Source: an uncultured Candidatus Saccharibacteria bacterium
Lineage (GTDB): Bacteria > Patescibacteriota > Doudnabacteria > UBA920 > O2-02-FULL-48-8
Length of the DNA stretch: 64,000 nt
Assembly: GCA_964605735.1 (NCBI GenBank)
Contig: CAZSDS010000001.1
Coordinates: 70,771 to 134,770, forward strand
Direction: 5' to 3'
Shown: positions 47,602 to 58,122 of the stretch, one piece after another
Position numbering within the stretch: the stretch's first letter is position 1
Layout of the letters: every line of letters starts with the position of its first letter
Program-made: the position numbers and the translations under genes
Notes under the pieces: generated by a model
Told to the model about the DNA's origin: nothing
Databases searched by the model: none
Seen by the model: only the letters and a program-made list of their open reading frames with translations

Positions 47602-48327
47602 ATGAAAAGACTTTCGGTAATTATTCCGGCACATAACGAGGAAAAAAGAATCGAGAAAACCCTTCTTGATGTAGATGCATACCTTGAAAAACAGCAATAC
47701 GATTATGAGATTATCGTAGTTAACAACAACAGTAACGACGGCACAGTCGAACTCGTTAAAAAACTTGAGTCCACGACCGTCCAAAATTCTAAGATCATAT
47801 CTGAAACGATTCCAGGCAAAGGGGCAGCAGTAAAGAGAGGAATCATGGAGGCTCAGGGCGATTATGTTGTGTTCATGGACGCTGACAACGCCACTCCAAT
47901 TTCTGAAATTGAAAAATTCTGGCCTTACTTGCAACAAGGCTATGAAGTTGTAATCGGCTCACGGTATGTTGATCCTTCCACAGTAAAGATCAAACAGCCT
48001 TTTTACCGGATTGCGTTGTCCAGAATGAGCAATCTTCTGATCCAAACATTGTTGGTGCCTCACATCAAAGACACGCAATGCGGATTTAAGGCTTTCCAGG
48101 GACAGGCTGCCAAGGAAATTTTCAGGCACGTTACTATTTACGGTTGGGCTTTTGATATGGAATTGCTTGCAGTTGCCCTAAAACTGAGCTATAGAATCAG
48201 GGAAGTGCCGGTATCCTGGACTGAGCATGGCGGGAGCCATGTCCCATTGAAGGCATATTTGAAATCCCTGATTGATTTGTTTGTGATCAAATGGCGGGCG
48301 CTTACTGGTGAATATTCCGCCAAGTAA
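47602..48327 (+). CDS. GT2 glycosyltransferase (polyprenyl-phosphate glucosyltransferase-like)
   Basis: IIPAHNEE, GKGAAV, DAD, DTQCGFK, FDMELL. Confidence 0.9.
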   Translation: MKRLSVIIPAHNEEKRIEKTLLDVDAYLEKQQYDYEIIVVNNNSNDGTVELVKKLESTTVQNSKIISETIPGKGAAVKRGIMEAQGDYVVFMDADNATPISEIEKFWPYLQQGYEVVIGSRYVDPSTVKIKQPFYRIALSRMSNLLIQTLLVPHIKDTQCGFKAFQGQAAKEIFRHVTIYGWAFDMELLAVALKLSYRIREVPVSWTEHGGSHVPLKAYLKSLIDLFVIKWRALTGEYSAK

Positions 48328-48393
48328 TTTAAGAATAATTTTATAACAGCGTTCAAAACAAAAAAACTTAGGGCAATTCTGAGCGGCATACTC

Positions 48394-50349
48394 GTGCCAG
48401 TTTTTTTGCTGGTTGCAGTGTTAAGTTACGGAAGTCCGGCTGATGCCCAAGAATCAAGAATAGATATTATTTTCGGCGCAACTGACGCTGATCTTTCCAA
48501 GTACGATTTCACAGCACTGAACTTTTTGTTTGGCGGAAATGGCCTGCCACAAACGTATAAGGCCAGCACAACGCAATCTGAGTTAGACAAGATGAAAAAT
48601 GATCCGGGGTTTGCGTATATCGAGCTTGATTTGCCGGTAAAAGCCGCAGAAATTGTTGCAAACGATCCATACTTTCCGCTGTCTGACAATGATGAAGACA
48701 GGCAATGGTATTTGCGAAAAATAAAAATGCCTGAAGCCTGGGTGTTTGGATCAGGATCGCGTTCAGTTAAGGTCGCAGTCATAGATACTGGAGTCCATGC
48801 CAGCCATTTGGATTTAAATGATGGGCGGGTGATTGAGGGGTTTAATGTTGTAACAGGCCGCGTTATTCCTGCCGGTTCTGATTCAGATGATAACGGACAC
48901 GGCACAGCCGTGGCCGGCGTGATAGGCGCGATTTCAAATAACTCAAGAGGCGTAGCCGGCGTGGCCTGGGATGTCAGCATAATTCCGGTTAAGGCTCTTG
49001 AGGCAAATGGTTCAGGAACCATCTCGTCTGTTGCCACGGCAATCGTCTGGGCGGCGCAAAACGGTGCGAACATCATAAACCTAAGCTTGGGTGGACCAGG
49101 GTTTGGCAATGACCAGACTTTAAACAACGCCATAATCCATGCCTACAATTCCGGATCTTTGATTGTGGCTGCCGCAGGCAATGATCTGGCAGACCACGGC
49201 ATCAATCTGGACAATTCTCCCGTCTATCCGATCTGCGCGGATGGCGGCAACAATATGGTCATAGGGGTGGCAGCCAGCGACGTCAATGACCAGAAAGCCA
49301 GTTTTTCCAACTACGGCATAAACTGCGTTGACATCGTTGCTCCCGGGAAAAAAATCTTGACCACCGCATTTATACCTTCAGACCCTTCCGATAATATTCT
49401 GATTTATGGATCAGGGACATCTCTGGCCGCGCCAGTCGTGTCCGGAGTTGCGGCACTGCTTAAATCAAACAACCCGAACTTAACCAACACTGAAATCAAA
49501 AATATCCTTTTGCGCACCACGGACAACATTGATTCGTTAAACCAGGACACCTGTTTCGGCGCCAGCTGTAACGGATTTTTGGGACGAGGCAGGTTAAATG
49601 CCTTGTCGGCGCTGAGTCCGCAGCCGGTTTTGAACGGACAGCTGGTCCGTGAAGCCGCAACCGGTAACGTGTATCAGGTTACTGGCGGCAAGAAAAAACT
49701 TGTCAGCAGTTTTGTGTTTAATCAGCGGAAATTAAATCCAGCGGACGTTCTGACTGAAATCAACAACCAGCTGGCCAACTATACGCTAGACACCCCGCTT
49801 CTTCCTTTGAAGGGAACGCTTATCAAAGGCCAGACTGATCCGACAGTTTATTTCGTGGATGATGACGTCAAGCGGCCGCTGACTTTCTTGGTATTCCAGT
49901 CGCGAGGTTTCAGGTTCGGCGATGTTGTGACTCTGCCGGAAACGGATCTGCTTGCAATCCCAACCGGCGAATGGTACTGGCCGCCGGATGGCACCATGGT
50001 TTTGATCAAGGGGAACCCTACGGTTTATGTTATGCACAATGGAGTGAAACGCCCCGTGACGTATTTCGTCTTTACACAAAGACGGTTGTCCTTCTCCCGA
50101 GTTGTTGAAGTTACACAAGATGAATTTGGACATATTCCAAATTCACCTGACCAATACTGGCTACCGCCTTTGGAAAATACTCTTGTGAAATCAGAAGCGG
50201 ACCCAACAGTGTACATTATCTTAGACGGAATCAAACGCCCGGTTACCTACGAAGCTTTTGTCTCACGCAACCTGAGTTTTGCCAGCATAAAAGTCCTGCC
50301 TCAGGCAGAAATGGACATTATCCAAACCGGTTCAGTTTTAAGCAATTAA
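48394..50349 (+). CDS. Subtilisin-like S8 protease with four C-terminal ~59-aa repeats
   Basis: IDTG, HGTAVAG, AAGN, GTSLAAP; true start probably upstream. Confidence 0.92.
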   Translation: MPVFLLVAVLSYGSPADAQESRIDIIFGATDADLSKYDFTALNFLFGGNGLPQTYKASTTQSELDKMKNDPGFAYIELDLPVKAAEIVANDPYFPLSDNDEDRQWYLRKIKMPEAWVFGSGSRSVKVAVIDTGVHASHLDLNDGRVIEGFNVVTGRVIPAGSDSDDNGHGTAVAGVIGAISNNSRGVAGVAWDVSIIPVKALEANGSGTISSVATAIVWAAQNGANIINLSLGGPGFGNDQTLNNAIIHAYNSGSLIVAAAGNDLADHGINLDNSPVYPICADGGNNMVIGVAASDVNDQKASFSNYGINCVDIVAPGKKILTTAFIPSDPSDNILIYGSGTSLAAPVVSGVAALLKSNNPNLTNTEIKNILLRTTDNIDSLNQDTCFGASCNGFLGRGRLNALSALSPQPVLNGQLVREAATGNVYQVTGGKKKLVSSFVFNQRKLNPADVLTEINNQLANYTLDTPLLPLKGTLIKGQTDPTVYFVDDDVKRPLTFLVFQSRGFRFGDVVTLPETDLLAIPTGEWYWPPDGTMVLIKGNPTVYVMHNGVKRPVTYFVFTQRRLSFSRVVEVTQDEFGHIPNSPDQYWLPPLENTLVKSEADPTVYIILDGIKRPVTYEAFVSRNLSFASIKVLPQAEMDIIQTGSVLSN

Positions 50350-50366
50350 ATCCCCCAGGAGAAATA

Positions 50367-52085
50367 ATGATTTTTCGTTCAAAAAAAATTCTATCGTTCA
50401 TGACTGCAGTGCTTGTGGCGGCCTCATCTTTGTTTCCGGTTGATTTCGCTTCAGCGCAGGAGGCAATCGACCCTAACTTTAATCCGGGAATATTGATTAG
50501 TGACAAGGCGTTCTCGGACGTCGGTACTTTTGGCTCCGCCGCAGGCATCCAGAAGTTTTTTGAGCAGAAAAACTCCGTGCTTGCCAGTACGTCTCCTGAC
50601 TTCCTCCTGAAGTTAAAAGAGCCGGACACAGCGACAAAAATCGGATTGGAAGACCCTCAGCCGAACCTGGGCAGGCTCAGAACAGCAGCTGAGCTTGTTT
50701 ATGATGCCGCGACAAAGCACGGGTTGAACCCGCAAGTTCTTTTGGTGAAGCTGGAAAAAGAACAAAGCCTTGTTACCGGACAATTTTCAGGAGACACTTT
50801 GCAGAGAAGATTGGATCGCGCTGTTGGATTTGGCTGTCCTGACTATGAAGGGTGTGGTGATATTTTCTTGAGCTTTTACAGGCAAATGTTCGGCACCTTT
50901 GATTCAGACGGCGCGCGATGGCTCGGCGCGGCGGCTTCTTTGATGCGCTCATTCAACACTCCAAACGGAAGAGGCCCAGGCATTGATTCCCAAAACCAGG
51001 TGTTTGGCCGGCCGATTGTCAGGACCGCAAGGGTTGGGGATACCATTGTTTTGGATAACACGCTGGGCGGATATGCCGGAGTACAGCAAAACCAGACTGT
51101 GACAATAGGCAACCGCGCAACCGCGGCTCTTTACCGCTATACTCCGCACGTATTCAACGGTAATTATAATTTTTGGAAGCTGTATTCCAGATGGTTCAAA
51201 TACCCAAACGGCACAGTCATCAAACTGCCGACAGACACGAATTATTACGTGATAGACAATGGAACCAAGCGGCCTTTCTCGGCGTTCGTTGCCAATCAAA
51301 GAAAGCTTGATCTGACCAATGCAGTAACCGTATCGCAAACAGAATTTGATTCGTACATCACCGACAAACAAATGCCGCCGCTTGACGGAACATTGATCAA
51401 AGGTGACGCAGACAGCGCTGTGTTCCTGGTTCAGGACACAAAGAAACGGCCGATTTCATACCCGGTTTTTGTCCAGCGCAAATTCTCGTTCGCTAACGTT
51501 GTGACAATTCCGCAAGCTGAAGTAAACCTGTATGATCAGGGTGCATTCCTGACCCCGGCCAGCGGGACTCTGGTGGTTGGGCAGACAGACGGAACCGTTT
51601 ACTTGATCGATGGCGATTTGAAGCGGCCGATCAGTTATGAAATTTTCGTCGCCAGAAAATATTCCTTCGGCAACATCATGGCGCTGAGCGACACTGAAGT
51701 TCAGGCTTTCCCTTCTGGCGCATTCGTGTATCCGCCTGACCAGGTAGCCATTAACCTCAAAGGCGATACCGGGATTTACTGGTTCCGAGACGGACAGAAA
51801 CGATATGTCTCCGCGTTTGTTTACCAACAACGCGGCGTGAACACTTTCCCGCACATTTCCATTGGCATGGATGAGTTTACCCAAATTCCAACCGGCACTC
51901 CATTCCCGCCTCGGGATGGGACCATAATCAAAGGAGACCAGTCCAGCGGAATTTATCTCATGGAAAACGGCTTAAAGAGGTTGCTGACCCTGGCCGCTTA
52001 CCAAAGAATGCGAAATCCAAACCCAACCGTGTTGCCGCAGGGAGATGTTGACGCGTATGCCTCCGGTGAGGTGGTTGCCAAATAG
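50367..52085 (+). CDS. Secreted protein with a putative lysozyme-like domain and five ~59-aa repeats
   Basis: Signal peptide; FNPGILISD, NPQVLLVKLEKEQSL, GFGCPD, ATAALYRYTPH. Confidence 0.75.
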   Translation: MIFRSKKILSFMTAVLVAASSLFPVDFASAQEAIDPNFNPGILISDKAFSDVGTFGSAAGIQKFFEQKNSVLASTSPDFLLKLKEPDTATKIGLEDPQPNLGRLRTAAELVYDAATKHGLNPQVLLVKLEKEQSLVTGQFSGDTLQRRLDRAVGFGCPDYEGCGDIFLSFYRQMFGTFDSDGARWLGAAASLMRSFNTPNGRGPGIDSQNQVFGRPIVRTARVGDTIVLDNTLGGYAGVQQNQTVTIGNRATAALYRYTPHVFNGNYNFWKLYSRWFKYPNGTVIKLPTDTNYYVIDNGTKRPFSAFVANQRKLDLTNAVTVSQTEFDSYITDKQMPPLDGTLIKGDADSAVFLVQDTKKRPISYPVFVQRKFSFANVVTIPQAEVNLYDQGAFLTPASGTLVVGQTDGTVYLIDGDLKRPISYEIFVARKYSFGNIMALSDTEVQAFPSGAFVYPPDQVAINLKGDTGIYWFRDGQKRYVSAFVYQQRGVNTFPHISIGMDEFTQIPTGTPFPPRDGTIIKGDQSSGIYLMENGLKRLLTLAAYQRMRNPNPTVLPQGDVDAYASGEVVAK

Positions 52086-52088
52086 CCT

Positions 52089-53405
52089 ATGAAAAAGTTT
52101 CTCCAAATTATCCTGGTTGCGTCAATTGCCGCAGGATCACTGTACCATCATCCGGCGCCGGCTTTGTCGCAGACAAAATCCGAACTACAGCAGGAACTTG
52201 ATGCTGTGGAGAAACTGATAAACCAATACGAGCAGGAGCTGGCTGAAACAAGAGAAGAAAAACAGACGCTGACCAGCAAGATCAACCAGCTTAAAAAAGA
52301 GCAAACCAAAATCCAGCTGCAAATCCGTTCAACAAGCCTGATGGTTACGGAACTTGAGGCAGGTATAGCCAAAACTGAACAGGATATAACTGCTGCTGCG
52401 GCGAAAATTGAAAGCCTGAAAAAATCTTCCGGTGAACTGCTTAAATCGCTTTATGTGGAAGGGCAGGCGAGCGCTGTTGAGCAGTTGCTTGTTGCTGAGA
52501 GTCTGACTCAGGCAGTGAATAACATGTCAGCAATGGAAAATTTGCTGGAAGAAGTGCATAAAACCGCGCACGAAATGCATATTGCGAAAATAGATTTGGA
52601 AGACAAGCAGGTGCTGATGGAACAACAGCAGGAAGAGGCCAGAAATTTATTGGCGGTGCAGGCTTTACAGGAACAAGAATTTCGGGCCCGTGTGAATGAA
52701 CAGAATGAAATCCTTTCAGTGACTGCTGGGGTGGAGTCCCAATACCAAACAATGCTGAGGGAATCCCAGAAACGGGCAGGTGAAATCAGGATGCGTTTGT
52801 ACGACACTGCCGGCGGATCAAACAAGCAGGTAACTTTCGGCGAAGCAGTGGAGATCGCCAAGTGGGCTTCCGCCCACACCGGCGTGCGACCGGCATTTTT
52901 GCTCGCCATCCTGACCCAGGAATCAAACTTGGGAAAGAATGTTGGAACATGCAACCGCGCAGGAGATCCAGAGTCAAAAAGCTGGAGAAACATCATGCAC
53001 CCTACCCGCGACCGTCCGGTGTATGAAGCAATCGTGACGGAGCTGGGCCTTGATCCGGACACTACGCCTTTGTCCTGTCCGATGTTCCAAAACGGGAAGC
53101 AGGTTGGATGGGGCGGAGCCATGGGTCCGGCACAGTTTATTCCGTCCACCTGGAAGGGGTATAAGGACAAAGTCAGTGCCATAACCGGCAAACCTGCCAA
53201 CCCTTGGGATATCCATGATGCTTTCCTGGCCGCAGCGGTTTTGCTTAAAGCCAACGGCGCAACCAGAGACGGCCGCCAGGGTGAATGGAACGCAGCCATG
53301 AGATATTTTTCAGGTTCAACCAACCCAAGATTCCGCTTTTACGGCGACAACGTCTTGAAAACAGCCGATAAATACCAGGCAGAATTGGATGCCATATCAA
53401 ATTAG
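52089..53405 (+). CDS. Coiled-coil lytic murein transglycosylase
   Basis: Signal peptide, long coiled coil, QESNLG, GAMGPAQFIPSTW. Confidence 0.88.
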   Translation: MKKFLQIILVASIAAGSLYHHPAPALSQTKSELQQELDAVEKLINQYEQELAETREEKQTLTSKINQLKKEQTKIQLQIRSTSLMVTELEAGIAKTEQDITAAAAKIESLKKSSGELLKSLYVEGQASAVEQLLVAESLTQAVNNMSAMENLLEEVHKTAHEMHIAKIDLEDKQVLMEQQQEEARNLLAVQALQEQEFRARVNEQNEILSVTAGVESQYQTMLRESQKRAGEIRMRLYDTAGGSNKQVTFGEAVEIAKWASAHTGVRPAFLLAILTQESNLGKNVGTCNRAGDPESKSWRNIMHPTRDRPVYEAIVTELGLDPDTTPLSCPMFQNGKQVGWGGAMGPAQFIPSTWKGYKDKVSAITGKPANPWDIHDAFLAAAVLLKANGATRDGRQGEWNAAMRYFSGSTNPRFRFYGDNVLKTADKYQAELDAISN

Positions 53406-53414
53406 GTTTCAATC

Positions 53415-53450
53415 AACCGCCTTTACAAACAGGCGGTTTTTTGATAGAAT
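53415..53450 (+). terminator. Terminator with an embedded promoter for the ABC operon
   Basis: aaccgcct/aggcggtt + T-tract; TTTACA 53422-53427, 17-nt spacer, TG-n-TAGAAT. Confidence 0.65.
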
Positions 53451-53458
53451 CCTAACCT

Positions 53459-54376
53459 ATGGAATACATAATTTCAGTAAGAAACCTTACCAAAAAATAC
53501 GGTGATTTCACGGCCGTGGACCAAATTTCATTTGACGTCATTAAAGGTGAAATTTTTGGCATCCTGGGTCCTAACGGAGCGGGGAAAACAACCACTCTGG
53601 AGATGATTGAGGGTTTGAAGTCCATTACTGCCGGAGAAGTTATCCTAGACGGCACAAACGTGGCCTCTGATCCGCGTGCGGTTAAGTCAAAGATAGGAGT
53701 GCAGCTGCAATCTTCTTCTTTTTTTGATGGTTTGAATTTGAAAGAGCTTATAGAGACTTTTGCTTCACTGTACAACAGGGAAGTTGATGCCATGAAGCTC
53801 TTGGGCCAGGTGCAGTTGACTGAGAAGGCAAAAAACAAAGTAAAAGAATTGTCCGGTGGGCAGAAACAGAGATTATCGATTGCCGTGGCTTTAGTTAATG
53901 ACCCAAAAGTTTTGTTTTTGGATGAGCCGACAACCGGACTTGATCCTCAGGCGCGCAGAAATCTTTGGGAGCTTATCAGGCAAATCAACAAGCAGGGGAA
54001 AACTATCGTCCTCACCACGCACTACATGGATGAGGCTGAGATCCTCTGCGATCGAATTGCCGTCATGGACCATTCCAGAATTGTCGCCCTGGACACTACA
54101 GAGAATTTGCTTAAAAAGTCAGGAGTTTCATCTGCGATAAGTTTCAGGGCCAGTAAGCCTCTGGATATGGTGTACTTGAAGACATTGCCGGGAGTGGATA
54201 AGGTTTCTGAAACGAACGGCTTATACAGGCTTTATGTCAGCAATGCACAAACTGCCTTGCCGGCTTTATTGCAACGGGCATCTGAGCACTACTCAGAGAT
54301 AAGGGATTTAAAACTGAGCCAGCCAACCCTTGAAGACGTGTTTTTGTCATTCACAGGCCATGCCCTGAGGGATTAA
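53459..54376 (+). CDS. ABC-2 transporter ATP-binding protein
   Basis: GPNGAGKTT, LSGGQ, LDEPT. Confidence 0.93.
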   Translation: MEYIISVRNLTKKYGDFTAVDQISFDVIKGEIFGILGPNGAGKTTTLEMIEGLKSITAGEVILDGTNVASDPRAVKSKIGVQLQSSSFFDGLNLKELIETFASLYNREVDAMKLLGQVQLTEKAKNKVKELSGGQKQRLSIAVALVNDPKVLFLDEPTTGLDPQARRNLWELIRQINKQGKTIVLTTHYMDEAEILCDRIAVMDHSRIVALDTTENLLKKSGVSSAISFRASKPLDMVYLKTLPGVDKVSETNGLYRLYVSNAQTALPALLQRASEHYSEIRDLKLSQPTLEDVFLSFTGHALRD

Positions 54377-54380
54377 AGAT

Positions 54381-55478
54381 ATGAAAACGATACTTACACT
54401 GACATGGTCGTCCATAAAAATGTTCGTGAGGAACAAACAGGCTTTGTTTTTCACCCTGTTCAGCCCGATCATCATTATGACGATTTTCGGCTTGCTTGCA
54501 TTTGACCGCATTCCGAAAGTTTCTCTAGGAGTGGCCGTAACTGCCCCACCCAACGCCGCAACTCAGGCGTTTCTTGACCAGTTGAAAAATGTTCCGGCTT
54601 TTGAGGTTGAGCTTGGCACTGAGCCTGATGAAAGAAAAGAGCTTGAAGAAGGAAACAGGAGCGCAGTATTGATTATTCCGGGAGATTTTTTCCCTGAAGG
54701 TCCGCGAACCGAACCAAGCACAATGAAGCTTTTAAAGAACGCTAGCGACGCTCAACAGGCAGCCACCGCGGAATCAATCATCAATCAAATTTTGGACAAA
54801 ACCACGTTAAGCCTGGTTGATGCCCCGCAGTTATTCGCTGTACAAACAGAAGAAATCAATTCCAGGAACCTGAAATATATTGATTTTCTTGTGCCCGGCA
54901 TAGTTGCTTTATCTATTATGCAGATGTCGGTATTTTCCGTGGCTTTTGTTTTTGCTGACTTCAAAGAAAAGGGAATTTTGAAACGGTTGCTGGCCACGCC
55001 AATGAAGCCGCATGAATTTGTGACTGCGAATGTGGCAACAAGATTGATCATTTCTGTTTTGCAGGGAGCTTTCCTGATTGCTGTAGGCGTTTTGATTTTC
55101 AAAGCCCAGGTGATCGGTTCATATTTCCTGGTGTTGCCGATTATCATCCTAGGAGCAATCATGTTCCTTGGTCTGGGTTTTACCATTTCCGGTTTTGCCA
55201 ACACAGTGGAAACAGTGCCAGCTCTGGCTAACTTGATTGTGTTCCCGATGCTGTTTTTGGGAGGCACTTTCTTCCCAATTGAAACCATGCCGGAATGGCT
55301 CCAGCATGTTGCCGGTTATCTGCCATTAACATATCTTTCAAACTCGCTGCGTGAAGTCATGATCAACGGCGCATCTTTGGGCGACGTGCAGTCGGATCTG
55401 TTCTGGATGATTGGCTGGTCAATAGCCCTGATAGTGGCCGCAAATTTCACCTTCCAAATGGAAGAAAAACGCCAATAA
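54381..55478 (+). CDS. ABC-2 transporter permease
   Basis: YIDFLVPG, EKGILKRL..TP, GTFFPI..MP.W. Confidence 0.9.
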   Translation: MKTILTLTWSSIKMFVRNKQALFFTLFSPIIIMTIFGLLAFDRIPKVSLGVAVTAPPNAATQAFLDQLKNVPAFEVELGTEPDERKELEEGNRSAVLIIPGDFFPEGPRTEPSTMKLLKNASDAQQAATAESIINQILDKTTLSLVDAPQLFAVQTEEINSRNLKYIDFLVPGIVALSIMQMSVFSVAFVFADFKEKGILKRLLATPMKPHEFVTANVATRLIISVLQGAFLIAVGVLIFKAQVIGSYFLVLPIIILGAIMFLGLGFTISGFANTVETVPALANLIVFPMLFLGGTFFPIETMPEWLQHVAGYLPLTYLSNSLREVMINGASLGDVQSDLFWMIGWSIALIVAANFTFQMEEKRQ

Positions 55479-55549
55479 TTCCAAACCGCCCGAAACGGGC
55501 GGTTTTTTTGTTTTTGCTGATTGTTTTATGGTATAATTAAGCAATAACT

Positions 55550-57010
55550 ATGCTGCATATTGGACGAAACGTAATCAGTTTGGTTCTCTCACGGGTGCTC
55601 TCCGGAGTAGTCCTGTTTTTAATTTATACCCAGTTGCTTCAGTACCTCGGGCCGGAAGCGGCGGGGCATTTTGGGTTGCTGTCTTCTTATCTCACAGTTT
55701 TTGCGTTCTTTGTAGACTTGGGCATGTCTCATCTGGTCATCAAAAAGATGAGCGAAGACTCGACCCACATCAGCAAATATCTTACAAATTATTTTTTGGT
55801 GCAGTTCCTGCTCGGTTTGTTTTTCATGTTGGTTATGGATGGCTTTGTCCTGTTTGCCGACTATCCAGCCCATGTTAAAAGCGCATTGTATGTGACAGGT
55901 TTTGGTTTGTTGCTCAGTTCTTTGAGTCTGCCGTTTAGGGCAGTTATCGTGGCCAAGCAAAAATTGACCATAAATGCACAGGTAAATTTTTTCAACGCTT
56001 TCATCAACTCGGCAATCATGCTGTTAGCTATTGCCCTGGAGCAAGGAGTTTTCTTTCTGGCGTTCATCAGCGTCACTGTCAGCGTTTTTGATCTGATTGT
56101 TTACGGGTATATAGTTAACAAAAGGTTTGCCAGGTTTACCCTTGATTTCGATAAAACTTTTATAAAACAGCTGTTTATCATGAACCTGCCGTTCATGGGA
56201 CTCACGCTGTTTAGCGTGTACAACCGAATTGACGGTTTGATGCTCCCGCATTTCAGAAGTTTCGTGGAAACAGGGTATTATGCCGCGGCTTATAAGTTCT
56301 GGGATACGCTGGCATTTTTCCCCGGAATACTCGGCATCAGCCTTTATCCGTTTTTTGCGCAAATGCTCAGCCTCGGGAAGAGAGACGAAGTCCGCAGTGG
56401 TTTAGAGACTTATACCAGATACATGATTGCCATTGGCGTGCCCATGTCAGTGGGAGCTTTCCTGCTGGCGGAACCGATTACGGTTCAGTTCTTCGGTAAT
56501 GAATTCTTGCCGGCTGCTCCAGCGCTTTGGATTTTGGTCGTCGCAGTTTCTATCCTGTTCATTTATACTCCCGCAAACAGCTTGATTATTTCCCAGGCAA
56601 CCAAGTCGGCAACAAAGGTCACTGGATTTACTTTTTTCTTTAATTTCATTACCAACCTTATTTTCATCCCGAGATTCGGTTTTGTTGCGGCAGCTGTAAC
56701 CACCGCCTTAAGCGAGATGATCCAAACATTAGGTTATGCATATTTCATCAAAAAGCAGATCGTCAACTATCATTTTTTCAGGCACTTTATAAAACCAATA
56801 ATTGCAGTTTTGCCGATGGCAGCGGTGATTTTCGTTTTGCGCGACCATAATTTGGTGGCTGTGATTGCGCTTGGCGCGCTGATTTATGCTGTCTCACTTT
56901 TGATTTTCCGATTTTTCCACAAATCAGATTGGGTGCTTTTCAAAGCAGCAATTAATATCCGGCAATCAGTCAATCCGGATGATTCCGTAAACACGACAAC
57001 ACAACCATGA
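55550..57010 (+). CDS. wzx: Wzx-type oligosaccharide flippase
   Basis: Many TM helices; DLG, YNRID..ML, GYYAAAYK, IPRFG..AAA. Confidence 0.85.
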   Translation: MLHIGRNVISLVLSRVLSGVVLFLIYTQLLQYLGPEAAGHFGLLSSYLTVFAFFVDLGMSHLVIKKMSEDSTHISKYLTNYFLVQFLLGLFFMLVMDGFVLFADYPAHVKSALYVTGFGLLLSSLSLPFRAVIVAKQKLTINAQVNFFNAFINSAIMLLAIALEQGVFFLAFISVTVSVFDLIVYGYIVNKRFARFTLDFDKTFIKQLFIMNLPFMGLTLFSVYNRIDGLMLPHFRSFVETGYYAAAYKFWDTLAFFPGILGISLYPFFAQMLSLGKRDEVRSGLETYTRYMIAIGVPMSVGAFLLAEPITVQFFGNEFLPAAPALWILVVAVSILFIYTPANSLIISQATKSATKVTGFTFFFNFITNLIFIPRFGFVAAAVTTALSEMIQTLGYAYFIKKQIVNYHFFRHFIKPIIAVLPMAAVIFVLRDHNLVAVIALGALIYAVSLLIFRFFHKSDWVLFKAAINIRQSVNPDDSVNTTTQP

Positions 57011-58122
57011 AAATAGGAATTGAAGCGGAGCGGGCGAATTTGGCCCACCCAACTGGCGTAGAAAGATACGCCGCCGAGTTGATCAGGCATTTGGCGAGAA
57101 TCGACCACACAAACGAATATATTCTGTATTTCAGGACTGAACCTCAGGAATGGTTCAGGCAACTGCCGCCGAACTTCAAGATCAAGGTGATCCCATTCCC
57201 AAAATTCTGGACCCAGATCAGAATCTCCTGGGAAATGTATCGGCATCCAGTGGATGTTCTGATGATTTTGGCGTCGGCATTGCCCCTGTACCATCCCAAG
57301 AATACAATCGTAACCGTGCACGACATTGCGTTTGAACTTTATCCGGAATTGTTTACCTGGTTTAACCGCACCTATCTTAAATTTTTCAGCAGATACGTGA
57401 CCCGAGTTGCAACCAAAATTGTGACCGTATCCGAAGCCACCAAAAAAGATCTGGTTAAACACTACGGCGCGAACCCAGACAAAATTAACGTTATTTACCT
57501 TGGTTACGACAGCCATGTTTACAAACCTTTGATGTATGAACAGGTGCAAGGTGTCCTGGATGAGTATGGGCTCAGTTACAAAAAATATTTAATGTTCGTT
57601 GGCACCCTTCAGCCGCGGAAGAACATAATCAGGCTGGTCCAGGCCTATGAAAAGATCGCGTCCAGGCATCACATAGAAGAAAAGTTAGTCATAGTGGGAA
57701 AGAAGGGGTGGATGTGGGGGCCGATTCTCAAGGAGATTGAAACTTCGGAGTGCAAAGAACGGATCAAGGTTCTGGATTATGCGCCTGAAGAACATTTGCC
57801 GGCTCTGTACAACGGAGCATCCCTCCTGACGCTTCCTTCCATGTATGAGGGATTTGGTATTCCGCCTTTGGAGGCAATGGCTTGCGGAACACCGGTGGTG
57901 GTTTCAAACATTTCGTCGTTGCCTGAAGTGGTTGGTGAAGCTGGAGAACTGGTTGACCCCAACAGCGTGGATTCCATTGCTGATGGTTTACTAAGGGTTT
58001 TGACGGATAGAAAACTCCAGGAAGGATTGTCACAACTGGGAAGAAATAGGGCGAAACAATTCAGCTGGGAAACTTGCGCCCGCAAAACATTGAAACTTAT
58101 TGAAAGCCTTGAAGAAAAATAA
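57007..58122 (+). CDS. GT4 glycosyltransferase
   Basis: [26 protein letters not shown]. Confidence 0.92.
   Translation: MKIGIEAERANLAHPTGVERYAAELIRHLARIDHTNEYILYFRTEPQEWFRQLPPNFKIKVIPFPKFWTQIRISWEMYRHPVDVLMILASALPLYHPKNTIVTVHDIAFELYPELFTWFNRTYLKFFSRYVTRVATKIVTVSEATKKDLVKHYGANPDKINVIYLGYDSHVYKPLMYEQVQGVLDEYGLSYKKYLMFVGTLQPRKNIIRLVQAYEKIASRHHIEEKLVIVGKKGWMWGPILKEIETSECKERIKVLDYAPEEHLPALYNGASLLTLPSMYEGFGIPPLEAMACGTPVVVSNISSLPEVVGEAGELVDPNSVDSIADGLLRVLTDRKLQEGLSQLGRNRAKQFSWETCARKTLKLIESLEEK

Noticed and set aside
52508-53323. Long antisense ORFs (also 41686-42357, 56884-57549, 34543-35145 and others)
   Set aside because: Shadows of well-supported genes on the opposite strand, with no motifs
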